A stretch of DNA of 62,252 bases, the filler included, from Sphacelaria rigidula (lineage: Eukaryota): assembly GCA_964200075.2 (NCBI GenBank). It is 6 parts of 6 records of this genome, joined end to end, with 100 filler letters (N's around TTAATTAATTAA, not from the genome) between each part and the next. Parts side by side here need not be neighbours in the genome. Positions count along the whole stretch, not along the records: positions 31,180 to 41,472 come from CAXNAA020006776.1; positions 41,573 to 51,862 come from CAXNAA020006777.1; 4 more parts are not named here. One strand, written 5' to 3'. A program made the position numbers and the translations under genes. The notes under the pieces are model-generated. The model saw nothing but the letters and a program-made list of their open reading frames with translations. It searched no databases and had not been told where the DNA came from. Position 1 is the first letter of the stretch. Every line of letters starts with the position of its first letter. Positions 37,752-49,149 of the stretch are shown here, in pieces.

Positions 37752-40700
37752 TATTGGGGTTGAACCAAAAAATAGAGATCGTCTGCCAGACGCTACAATA
37801 TCTAGATATTCTTCCGGCACTCTGTTAGAAGAGTCTGAATGAGAAGACGTGGGCTGCAGCTGAGAGCCAGTTTAGCCCGCAGACAGGAGGAGACCAACTT
37901 GAAGCGCACAGTAGTGGGAGACGCTCCGTGAGCTGGAAGACGCACAAGTCAGGCAAGAGTCTCTCCGTGAAGTGTTTGAAGCATAGCCGACAAGAGCTTT
38001 CGAGTAATTCAGATACCCAGTAATGCGGGATCTACGTAGAACCGGGGGTTGGGGTGACGTACGAGTACCGACAGTCAAGTGTGTGCAAATGTGATACAGT
38101 ACCCTTGATCATTCTCATTCATCTACTCACCACCTGATCAGCGCTCTCCCAAGTTATAGTAGGACTTGGGTGCTCTTCAATAGAAGATCTGAAACCATTA
38201 CCCTGTGCCTGAGCCAAGGAATACACTAGTGATCAATCGGTTGGGCAAATATGGCTAGGAACGATGGTAACGCCCCGTCTTCGGAATAAGGATTAGACGG
38301 GCTCACGAGTCAGGTTGAAGGTATGATGAGTCTGTTCAGTGGTCAGTTTAGCACACTGACAGAGATGGTTAGAGATGTACAGTCTACACAAACTGTAATA
38401 CAGAGTAGAGTAGATGGCATCGAAGATAGAGAGTCCGGAGGCGCGAGGTGGAGTGGCGTCGTCGAAAGCGAAGAGGATCAAGCAACACAACAACACCAGG
38501 CTGACAACTCAGCCAGACACAGCACACCTCACGGGCGACGACGTAGCCGAGAGGGCGAGCAGGGAGCTTCGAGCGGGAGGGACTACAGGACAGCAAGCGA
38601 CGGAGCAACGGGTGCAGATCCCGTAAGTGAGTCCGTCGCAATGTTCGGTCACGACCGACAGAGTGTCCAAAAGATTTCTGGGGTCCCGGTTTTCAAGGCA
38701 ACTGGACCTAAGTTCTCTGGAAAGGGTTCAGAGTTCAACCACTACAGTGACGAACTAATCATGTTTGCTAGGAGCGAAGCAGTTGATTGAGTGTTCACTA
38801 TGTCAGAAGATAGGACATACGATGTGGAGGTGGGAAACAAGGCGTTATCCTTACCTCATCTTGAAGCAAGGCACGGAAAGGGCACTGTAGCTGCAATCGT
38901 GAGAGCGAGGCAAATGCTGGCGGCGAGTCTCGAACATAAGCGGGACCGTGATGTTTTGTTCCGAATTCCGTCTCCAGCAGCCGTGTGGCGTGAATTGAGT
39001 GATTTCTACATTCCCAAGACCAACGGAGCTACATTAGCTCTTCTAGAAAAGTATGATCACGTGAAGATTGGAGTTCGCGATAATCCTGTTCAAAGACTAG
39101 TCGAGATGGAAGAGGTGGCGAGAGAGTTACAATCACACGACACCAACATCATCCTGACGGAGGCGCAAACCCTCCTCAAATTTGTCAATGTGCTTCCTTG
39201 CGAGTGTAACTATCAAAAACAGGCGTTGGAGGAGCGCGAAGGTCCGATCACGAGGGAAGTCGTAGTGACGTCGGTTCGAAAACGTTTTGAATCGGCACTT
39301 TTCAAGCAGGAACTCGCCAAGGGGAAGAAGGCTTCCCCGGGCGACCAGACCTTTGCTGTCAAAGGCCATCCCGGCAAACCTAACGATTCACACCGGGAAG
39401 GTAAACCGGGAAAGACCCAGAACCCAGGCCGCGCAGGTGATGGGGGGCAGGGCAAAAACAACCAGTCGCCGGCTTAATCGTCAACGAACCAGTCGGGGGC
39501 TGCGACGCCGTGGAGGTGCCACGTTTGTCAGAAGATGACCACACATCGGGCGAGAGACTGTCCAGACAGGCGTTGTGTTGGGTGCGGGAGGAGGGGACAT
39601 AGTTTGATTGACTGTCAGAGTACTGTGGAGGACGCGGCGACTGTGGAGGACGCGGTGATTGTGATGGGCGTGGCGGAAGACGTGGTGGACGACGACTCCG
39701 TCTGTTCGGATGCTGATGCAGAAGTGTTCACTAGCCTCGACATGACGGTGGACGAGGTCAACACAGGCGAGTATGCGTTCGCAACTGGGAAGGGGAATGT
39801 AGAGCAGTCAGATGTGGGCGAACCGTGGGTACTTGACACGGGGGCCACTTCGCACTTTTCCCCTGATTCAAGTAAGATGACGGACTATAGAAAATGCAGT
39901 GGAAGGGCACTACGGTGTGCGGGCGGTGGTACCTACCCGATCGTAGGAAGAGAAACTTGGCTCTATCTTTACGATCTGACGGACGCGATATAGTCTTGCA
40001 TTTGAAAAATGTAGACCACGCACCTTGTGTCCGTCACCATCTGTTGTCACTGACCAGGATGTCCAATGCGGGTCACACCTACGTTGGGTCTAGTGATGGC
40101 TTCCGGGTTGAGTAGAAGTCAGGCAATGCCCTGAAGATCCCCGGTCAACACAGACAGCTATTAATGTACGCCCACTGCATCTCTCCAAATGGTCATGACA
40201 AGCATGCGTCAGCATGCGCTGTGATTGCCCCGGGGAAACTTCCCAACCCCCAAGTTGAAGATATATATGATTTCCATTGCAAACACGCGCATGTTCACGA
40301 GGACCTGCTCCGGCGGACTGCAAACAGCTCGGAGTGGAGCTGCGCGGTGAGTTGAGACCGTGCCGAGGATGCTTGGAAGAAAAGGGACTTCGGCAACCCA
40401 TCCCAAGATCGACCCATACACGAGTAGTTGAGCCAGCTTCCAGAGTGTTTGTTGATCTCACAGGCCCAAAACCAGTTAGATCTCGGGGAGGAAAGTCGTA
40501 CATGATGATAGTACGCGATGATGCTCGCGGCACACTAGATTGTTTTTTCTGCGCACAAAGGATGAGTCCGTACAGTACTTTAGTAAATACATAGCAGAAA
40601 TTCACCCACGAAAAATCGAGAAGGTCCGCAGTGATGGTGGAGGTGAATTTTCGGAGGGGGCGTTCGAGGAGCTATGTGATAGAGAGAAAATAAAACAAGA

Positions 40701-41472
40701 GAAAACAACTGCTGACTCCCCACAGTTCAACGACGTAGCGGAGCGTGCAATTGGCATCATAGAGTCGGCCGCCCTTGCAGCCAAAATTCAGGCATCGGAG
40801 ATGTACCCGAACCAGAACATCCCAACTAGCAAGAATCTGTGGGCGGAACAGGCTAACTGGGCTCCATGTTTTGAACTGTACTGCGACCTCAGCTAACCCG
40901 GGAAACAAGACGCCACACGAAATGTGGCACGGAGTAACACCGGAAAACAACCTTCTTCCTTTTCCAAAGCCAGGATTTTGTAGAGTTCAGAGAACAGACA
41001 AGTTACAACGAAAAGCTCAGAGGTGCTGGTACCTTCAGCCCAGCCCCAGGATACCCGCGCGATGCTATGAGAGTGATGACGGAAACAGGACAAACTATTA
41101 CAACCAGTCACGTAACATGGGCGTATGTCCCCCCTACTCCTCTCCTTGCCCCACAACCAGCGATCCCGACGCCCGACGGAGCGAGGGATGACAAGATCGA
41201 GGGAGGGACGGCCGGCAGCGAGTCCGCGGAACGGCAAACTTCGGCGGCGCGTGCTTCACCCCGCGGTTCACGGCACGTGTCGTTCTTGCTCCCCAACCCA
41301 CCGCTGGACGCAAAAGCGGCACAACAGACCCCCGCTGTCGGCGGAGGGGGGTGAGATGACCTCGCCGCTTCCTTGCAGAAGCGGGGGGGGGGCGCGGGAT
41401 TTTACGCAACCCTGTCCGACATCACATTGATGACGGGGGATCAGCGCCCCCCACATCGCCGCCGACAGTCAC
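37752..41472 (+). mobile_element. Decayed Ty1/Copia LTR retrotransposon (probable 5' LTR about 37752-38152, gag, protease, integrase; truncated by contig end)
   Basis: Two CCHC knuckles (CHVCQKMTTHRARDC, CVGCGRRGHSLIDC), protease WVLDTGATSHF, integrase FVDLTGP...RSDGGGEF...PQFNDVAER in PR-IN order; stops and frameshifts. Confidence 0.92.
38251..41130 (+). pseudogene. Copia gag-pol pseudogene (gag, PR, GAG-pre-integrase, IN)
   Basis: ORF fragments 38323-38790, 38791-39477, 39535-39993, 40277-40594, 40540-40896 and 40775-41191. Confidence 0.9.
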
Positions 41473-41572
41473 NNNNNNNNNNNNNNNNNNNNNNNNNNNN
41501 NNNNNNNNNNNNNNNNTTAATTAATTAANNNNNNNNNNNNNNNNNNNNNNNNNNNNNNNNNNNNNNNNNNNN
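41473..41572. other. Artificial contig linker
   Basis: N44-TTAATTAATTAA-N44. Confidence 0.99.
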
Positions 41573-41691
41573 AAATCATCCGCGAACATCAAACCTGATA
41601 CCATATCTTCCCCCACCTGAACCCCTTGCTCTGCTGCTTCTATTGCTATTATCAAGTCATTAATAAATACCTTGAACAAAGTGGGTGACAG
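41573..41691 (-). pseudogene. Non-LTR (LINE) reverse transcriptase fragment
   Basis: LSPTLFKVFINDL...GLMFADD, RT motifs 4-5. Confidence 0.85.
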
Positions 41692-42571
41692 TTCATCGAA
41701 AATTGTTATGGTTGTTTCTGTCGACATTATTGGAAGATAATGAAATGTACAAACACTGACAAAAACGACAAGTGGCGGGCTTTGCGAGGCTCTATGTACA
41801 CAGTAGCTGATCGCATCCGCCAACGCCTCGGCAATAAACTAGCAGAAAGCAAGCTGGATGTTCCCCCTCGCCCCCGTCAAAAACTCGAATTTTCGATCTT
41901 GGGGCCTGCGTGTCCCGAAATATGTTCTTGACCGACCCTTGGACCCACCCAATTCGAGGTTACTGCGACGTACCGTAACTGGCATACGACTATTATAATA
42001 GCATTTGGGTTAGCGCTGGCCGCTCAGACGCTGTGCATTGTTGCAAGGCTACGATGCGGGTAGAGTGGAACTTTCATATTCTTAGTAAAGTGCATGCACT
42101 GCACCACGGTAGTGCAGAAGTACAGTAGAGTAACCACAGCGTGAATACAGTCGATCGCTGCAGCACGGGCAGTGTGGCAAGTAGAGCGAACGGTCCCAGA
42201 GGAATAGCAGCCTGGTTAAGTAGGGATACAGTAAGTGAGTGGGCAACAGCAAAGTACTTGACGGAGCGTGTTGACACGGTCACAATAAATGGACATTTAG
42301 GATTACGGTGTCAATACTGAAAAAACGTTCAGTGTGATATGACGGACCGTTTCAGCATGATATCGGCGATCAACCTCATGCGAGAGAGCAACAAATAAGG
42401 ATCAATCAACCTGCAAACAAGTGAGGAGAAGCTTTTTCTTGTACGGTTGATAGCCACGTATACCTACCGCATTAAACCGGAAGAAAAAATAGCCATTCCA
42501 GTGTGTCAGATAGGCATTTGATATAACATTTATTGAGCGTTTTGCACGCCTTTGACTGGCGTCGGGAAGTA

Positions 42572-42820
42572 CTCGTTAGTGATGCTGCGATAGGGTCTGC
42601 ACTTTTGGGGGCCAAAACCGGCCTGAGAAAATTCAATATCTGAGAACATTGTGACCTCCGCCCGAACCTCAGACTGGAATTATCTAATGAGTCATGGATG
42701 CATGTACCACCCCGCGGCTCTAAGAACTGTGGTGAGAGTCAAAGGTGATTCGACATGCCTAAATCCCGATTCCCTCTCAGGCCGCAAAAGCGCAGACCCT
42801 ATCGCAGCATCACTCTCGAG
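42572..42820. mobile_element. MITE of about 250 bp
   Basis: AGTGATGCTGCGATAGGGTCTGC.CTTTTG mirrored by CAAAAG.GCAGACCCTATCGCAGCATCACT. Confidence 0.8.
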
Positions 42821-43446
42821 TTTATTGTTGGCGTGGGCACCTTCTTGGACACTGCGTGGTCTTTTTTTTCACTTGGAGATGCCAAAGACGTGTAGTTTTC
42901 GCACCGGCGGGGGGTGGAGGGGTATCTGACATTCCAGTCTACGGGGGTACCTCAGGAAGGATCAACAAAAGTAGGCCTCAGCGAAAACATCGTGTGTCCG
43001 GTGTCATATATTGGAGGGTCGGGTGTGCGGTGTATGTATTCCACGTAACCCATACGTATCACAGGTGTATTCGCCAAGAATTTCGCACACAACCATTTGA
43101 TTCGGATCTTTGGGAAACACAGACATATTCGTCCCCCTAACATGCACAGAATAGTGCAAGAGGAGGGTGCAGTTGGACGGTTGAGGATGAGGATGCCCGA
43201 TGATGCTCCCGGACAAGTGCTGGGGATAGAGAACGAGTATCGTGCGTAACCACTCTATCATACCGGTTCATCTGCCACACTCCAACCAACATCAATCTCC
43301 ATGAGCAACCGATGATGGTGGACATCCACTGTGTCATGTGTAAGATCACCGGCTAATGCCTTTTCATCTGCCAGAGTCAAGTAAACGAAGATGTCCCCGA
43401 GCGAGTGCTGTTGTTGTATCACGATGGTAACGTGTAACCTCTACGC

Positions 43447-43892
43447 TGTAGCCCAAAATGGTGCCAAGCCGTTGCGTTTAACGTGTAGGACACTGGATGA
43501 TGATTATGTGACAGGGTACACTGTGGATGAAGACCCTCACCGTGGAGCCTTTGATGTGTAGTCAGTGGGCTGCTGTTGCTTACTTCGTGTGGAAGCTCCA
43601 AGAGAAGTTCTTACCGAGCGTGAGGCCAGTGGATTCTGGAGAAGTCCCTCACTGAATAGCCCTCTTGTCCAGATCGTCTGGTAGAAGCTATAATATCCAG
43701 ATATTGTTCGGCACTCTGTATGGAAGAGTTTGGGCTGAGGTACGAGACGGGTAGCCTGTACAGTTTGTGCCCAAGGAGATAGCGCTGAAAGCACTTGGTT
43801 GAAACGAGAGGAGCAGCTTGCAGCAAGACCAGCGTTTGGAGAGAGCTCCGCTGGCGACGATCAAGTCAGGCTTGGCTCAAGCGACGGCAACA
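43447..43892 (+). repeat. Gypsy 5' LTR
   Basis: Matches 48914-49149; 7-bp imperfect terminal inverted repeat. Confidence 0.9.
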
Positions 43893-43928
43893 CCACTGGT
43901 ATTGGGTGAGACGTGACATCCGCCGCAA

Positions 43929-46900
43929 TATGGTAAAGAGTGGAACGAAACAGCTAGTCGCAGGCTTTCGGGGCCTATTTCGATTAAAAACAGCGGTTGC
44001 GAGTCGCTAATGAAGAAGGAAGGGTGACACACGCGCAAGTGCCCGTTGGGCAGTTGATTCCTGCATACATTCGTCGATGTTTCGAAATCCTGTACACAGA
44101 CGGACGAACAATGGCTGCAGCGGAGCTCGTAGATGCTGTGAAGCAGCATGCTGGGTATACCACCACCGGTGGCCGAGAGGATAAAACTCGGGCTGCGGCT
44201 GATATCAAGCGCATTCTCAGGATGGCCCAAGACGGACCATTGTCTGTACGGGATAGGGCAATGACAGTCACTTCGAATTTGGAACAGTATTTTTCAAAAA
44301 CATTGTCGGTCGAAGCCATGTACAGGGCTCAAGACAGAAGCTGGCTGCCAGGTCCGGCAGAGTCAGTTTCCATTGCCATAGTGGACGGCATTGCGCCTCC
44401 GGTGGTTAAGGCTCATGTCAAGACTCTCTTGATGTACGAGGAGGGTTAGAAACGAAACCCGACTTTAGTGATGAAGACGATATTTGAGGCTGCTGACAAG
44501 TGGATACTTGTAGAATCTGTAGAACGCCGTGATGGTGGGGCAAATACGGGTGGATCTCGCCACAAACAACAACAGCAGCAGTCGTCTGCGCGAGGGACAT
44601 CTACTCGCGCATGCTAACACTGTGGCGACCATGAACATCGTTTTAAGGATTGTCCCAAGCCTCGCGCCAAGGGCGCTAATCAAAGTAGCCCGCAAGATCA
44701 GTCAGGATCCAGCGGCGGTCGTCATGGAGGAAGAGGTAGATGTCATGGTGGACGCGGGCGCGGTGGCCGCGGCAGCAATCGAGAGGCGACGGATGGTGGA
44801 CCCTCCACTACAGCACCTTCGGCTGCATCTTCAGAACCTGCCTCAGGCTCTTCTGGCCCGTCCATGCCGGGGCGGGTAGTTTATGAAGGAGGGAGTAGTG
44901 CTTCGATGGGTGGTGCTGGAGCGGACAGCTCGTAAACCTTCGGCCAGGAAGGATCCGTGTCTGGTATCGCTCCCGCTACTGCAACGATGGCAACGGCGCC
45001 GTCTACATATACGGAATCTTGGTCGGGGTGGAACGCCGATTCGGTGTCGACGATGCCACTTTCTGGAGCGCAGCCTTGGCGACAGGTGACTGTAGCCAAC
45101 AATCAAGGTTCCCCCCCGATAGGTGTAGTGCCTGTCGATCGCACCGCACAAAGCCCCCGTGCTGACCTTTCTTTACCAGGTACGGTAGGATCATAAATGG
45201 CACGAGTTATTCTGGACTCTGGGCCCGCGCTTACGCCTATCAGCGTGGGTTTGCTGGCTCAGTTGTCTTCAGTCTGCGGCAACGCTCAAATACAGTTGCC
45301 GTTCCAGAACGGTCCCCAAACCGCTCACACCGCTACGGGAGAGCCCGTGACGGTAACACACAAGACGGTCCCAATCTCCGTAAGTGTACGCACTCCGTGG
45401 GGGGCTGTGCAGATGCCACCCATCACCTTCGCTATTATGCCCGGCAGGGAGGATGCCATTCTCTTTGGCATGGCAACGATAAAGCAGATCGGCATCAATT
45501 TGTATCCTCTGGCGTTGGAGAACTTACGCCCCCATGCCGTGCCGGTTCAGACGGACGTCGAAAACTCTAGTCATCTAGCGGCTAGGCGGGTGAGCATCTC
45601 TGTCGATGCGTTTCAAACTGAGTGTGTGAAGGAAACTCATGCGGATGAGGCAGTGGAGCGATTGGTGGACCGGGGCCCGGACATCTTTCTGGACCCTGCA
45701 GAAGAGAAGGAGGGGAGAGATCGCGCGCTGGCAGATAGCGTGCGACAAGCCGAACAGCAGGGCCTGAGCGCCGAGGGCGCTTATCGTCTTCGCGATAGTT
45801 TGTCTCGTCGCGTAGATACTTTTTTTAGACGTGCGCTGTGCGGTGATCCGCCAGCGCGCGTAGAGCCGATGTGCGTGCAACTCAAGCCGCAGACGAAGGC
45901 TGTAAAAGCCAAGCCAAGGCGATACGATCCGGTGAAAACGGGTGGCTGGCTGCATGCATAGGGGCGTTGGTGGCGTTTGGTTTGGTGGTGGGGAATATAC
46001 AAGCGGTGTGGGCGAGTCCGGCGATGGCGGTGCCGAAGAGAGATACTTTCCGTTTGGTCAGTGACTACCAAGCGGTGAACGCGCAGGTAGAGCAGTCTCC
46101 GGGGGTAATGCGGAGTCAGGAGGACATGCGGGAGTTACTGGGAGTGCGATGCTTTGGCAAATTGGACTTATTGGCAAATGCCTTTGGCACCGGACGCACA
46201 AGAGTTCTTCACGATCGTCACACCAGAAGGTCTGTTTACGCTAACTCGTGTTCCTCAGGGTGTGCTGAATGCTACATCCTATTTTCAAGGTGTGATGACC
46301 GATCTTTTGCAAGGATTGGACTGCAAAGTGTGGGTCGATGATCTTTTTTATTTCGTCGATTCAGAAGAAGCGTTGCCGACATTGTTGGACGAGATTCTCG
46401 GACGTTTTGGAAAGTGTTGGCCTGTTCGTCGCAGCTCACAAGTGCACGTTTTTTTCTCGAGAAATAGCTGGGGTGGCAAGGTGTACTCGCACGGAACTGT
46501 GTCTCATGATCCAGTACGCATTCAAGGCCTGGGTACAATGCGACGTCCTCAAAATGCAAGTGAGCTGATGCAGTTTCTGCAGGCGGTCAATTGGTTGCGA
46601 ACTTCGCTACCTCGCATGGCAGAAGTAGTAGCGCCGCTTCGTGCGTTTTTTGAACAACTGATGGCAGGGGTGTCGCGTAGGACCAAGCGGGTGGCGCGAA
46701 ATCGTGTCATTCCGGAGGGCGCCTGGACGGGGGATCGGGTGCGGGCATGGCGTGCAGCGCAGGACTTGGTGGCGCAAGCGGTCCCACTGTATCGTCCTCG
46801 TCCTGGGTGCGTTGTGTTGATATTTCCCGATGCAACAGACTTTCACTGGGGGTCTTTTCTGACGCAGGTGCCTGTCACAGAGTTTAACAGTGGCATGGCG

Positions 46901-48832
46901 TTGGAAAATATGTCACACGAACCTTTGGGGCTTCTGAGTGGTAGTTTCAAGGGTTCACAGTTGCGGTGGGCCACAGTGGATAAGGAAGGTTTCGCGATTG
47001 TAAACACTTTCCGTAGACTCGAGTATTTGCACTGGGGTGGTGTTCGTATCTTCACTGATCATCGGAATCTGAAATACATTTTCAACCCTGAGGAGTGTGT
47101 CACCTCGGTCACAAGAGCCATGGCACAGAGACTGGAGAATTGGAAAGGTGTGCTAGGTCACCACCGATACGCAATTGAACATATCCCGGGAGAAATATTG
47201 TGTAGGAGATTTGTCGTCTCGTTGGGTACAGGTCTCTACCCTACCTATTCATTCCGTTGCTGTGTACAGCCCATGTGATGCTGATGATTCGCTGCCCTCG
47301 TTAGATGTAATTCGCAAGGCGCAGCGGAAAAGAGTCGGCGACAGTGTAACTTCTTTTCCGACGACCTTCGGTCAAGCTACCTTGGCTGATGATGGACTGT
47401 TTCGGGGGCATGTTGGCAGTCGTGATGTTTTGTGGATTCCGCCAGAGAACAAGACTCTCCAAAATAGCCCTATGGTGTGCGCTCACATGAGATCGGCTGG
47501 TCACCGTGGTGTGGCGCCGACTCTGTTTCGTCTGAAAGAATACTGTGTGTGGCCTCACATGGATTCTCAGGTTCGCGAGTTTGTTCGCCAGTGTTTACAC
47601 TGTGTAGACACCCGTGCTGGTGAAATTGTACCTCGTCCGTTTGGCGATACTGTGCATGGTACTGCGCCAGGTGAGGTGGTTTCCTTTGACTTTCTCTACG
47701 TTGGGAGTAGCGGGCCTGAAGGTGATGACGGTTTGCCTGAGGACGATGGTTTTCGATACGTACTAGTCATAATGAAGGGTTCATCTAATTTTGTTTGTCT
47801 GGAGCCGACCGGAGCTTGTACAGCCGTCACGGCTCAATATTTGTTGCAGTGGTGTAAGACTTTGGGGGTGCCACTGGTGTGGGTGAGCGATACAGCTTCG
47901 CATTTCAAAAATCAAGTGATAGCGCATCTGAGCGACGCGCTCCAGGTGAAACAACAATTTGCTGTTGCATACACCCCATGGTCACGCGGTGCATGTGAAC
48001 GTATGGTGAAGGAGGTTATTCGTGCGCTGAGGTCCATTTTATCAGAACAGAGACGACCGGTGTCGGATTGGGTTAATGTTCTACCGGCAGCTCAGTGGGC
48101 GCTATGTCTTTTCGTGAACGATACCGCAATACTCCATACTGTGCGATGTTTGGACGGGCGCCGCGTACCGCGTTTTCAGCGTTGATTTCTGCCACTGACG
48201 GCGAGTGGAAAATCGATGTCATGAATGCTGACGCGTTGCGTGATAAGGTTAAAAACGTCTTTCAAGAACAAGTGAGGTTTTGCAAAGAAGTGCAAGCAGC
48301 TGTTGCGGTGTCCCGAGAAACTAAACGTAAGCTTGCTCAGGGCCAAGCTGTGTTGCCCAAATTTGCGGTTGGTGATTTTGTTTTGTATGCTCGTGTTCGT
48401 AGGCAAGGTGTGACGCCTAAACTGATATCCACATGTACAGGTCCGTGGCGAGTGGTCGGGGCCGATCACACTCACGTGTATTCGATGCAGGATATTGTTT
48501 CTGGCGCCGTGCACTCGGCTCATCTCGCTCGTTTATGTTTTTATGCTGACTCACAGTTGCATAGCACTGCGGAACTCAAAGATGTTTTTCAGCATTCGTA
48601 TGCTCAGGGGGAGTGTCGGATGAATGCTTTGGTGCACGTCGCAGAGGACGATGATCGAAATGTCATAGTTTTGGTCGATTGGGATGGCTTCGATTCTGAA
48701 AAACGTACGTGAGAGTTTCTTCGGAAAATTCATTCTTCGGCGCCTGAATTTGTTGTCAAGGAATTGCGTAGACTGCGGTTGACTCGGGTGTTGACCAGTA
48801 AATTAGCGTCGGAGTATGGTATTTCTTTGTGA
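43929..48832 (+). pseudogene. Gypsy gag-pol pseudogene
   Basis: ORF fragments 43997-44449, 45197-45961, 45871-46341, 46154-47278, 47175-48185 and 48095-48712 in PR-RT-RH-IN order. Confidence 0.93.
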
Positions 48833-48913
48833 TTTGGCGCATGCTAATTCGGCTTCGTGATTTTTGTTGGTTGTCAAGCTCATTCGTTTGTCTTGAACTC
48901 GCTTTGGGGGTGC

Positions 48914-49149
48914 TCTAGCCCACAATGGTGCCAAGCCGTTGCGTTTAATGTGTGGGATACTAGATGATGATTATGTGACAGGGTACACTGTGGATGAAGA
49001 CCCTCACCGTGTAGTCAGTGGGCTGCTGTTGCTTACTTCGTGAATGGAAGCTCTAAGAGAAGTTCTTCTCGAGCGTGAGGCCAGTGGGTTCAGCAGAAAT
49101 CCCTCGCTGAATAGTCCTCTTGTCCAGATTGTCTGGCAGAGGCTATAAC
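48914..49149 (+). repeat. Gypsy 3' LTR, truncated
   Basis: Homology to the 5' LTR stops at GCTATAA. Confidence 0.9.

Larger units (their letters stand above)
43447..49149 (+). mobile_element. Decayed Ty3/Gypsy LTR retrotransposon with C-terminal chromodomain
   Basis: 5' LTR 43447-43892 (TGTAGCC...GGCAACA) followed by a PBS-like TGGTATT. Gag CCHC, PR ILDSG, RT (PQG, WVDD), RNase H (FPDA, TDH), IN (HHCC, FDF, SDT, ERM) and chromodomain VDWDGFDSEKRT*E. PPT TTTGGGGG, then a truncated 3' LTR at 48914-49149. Confidence 0.95.
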
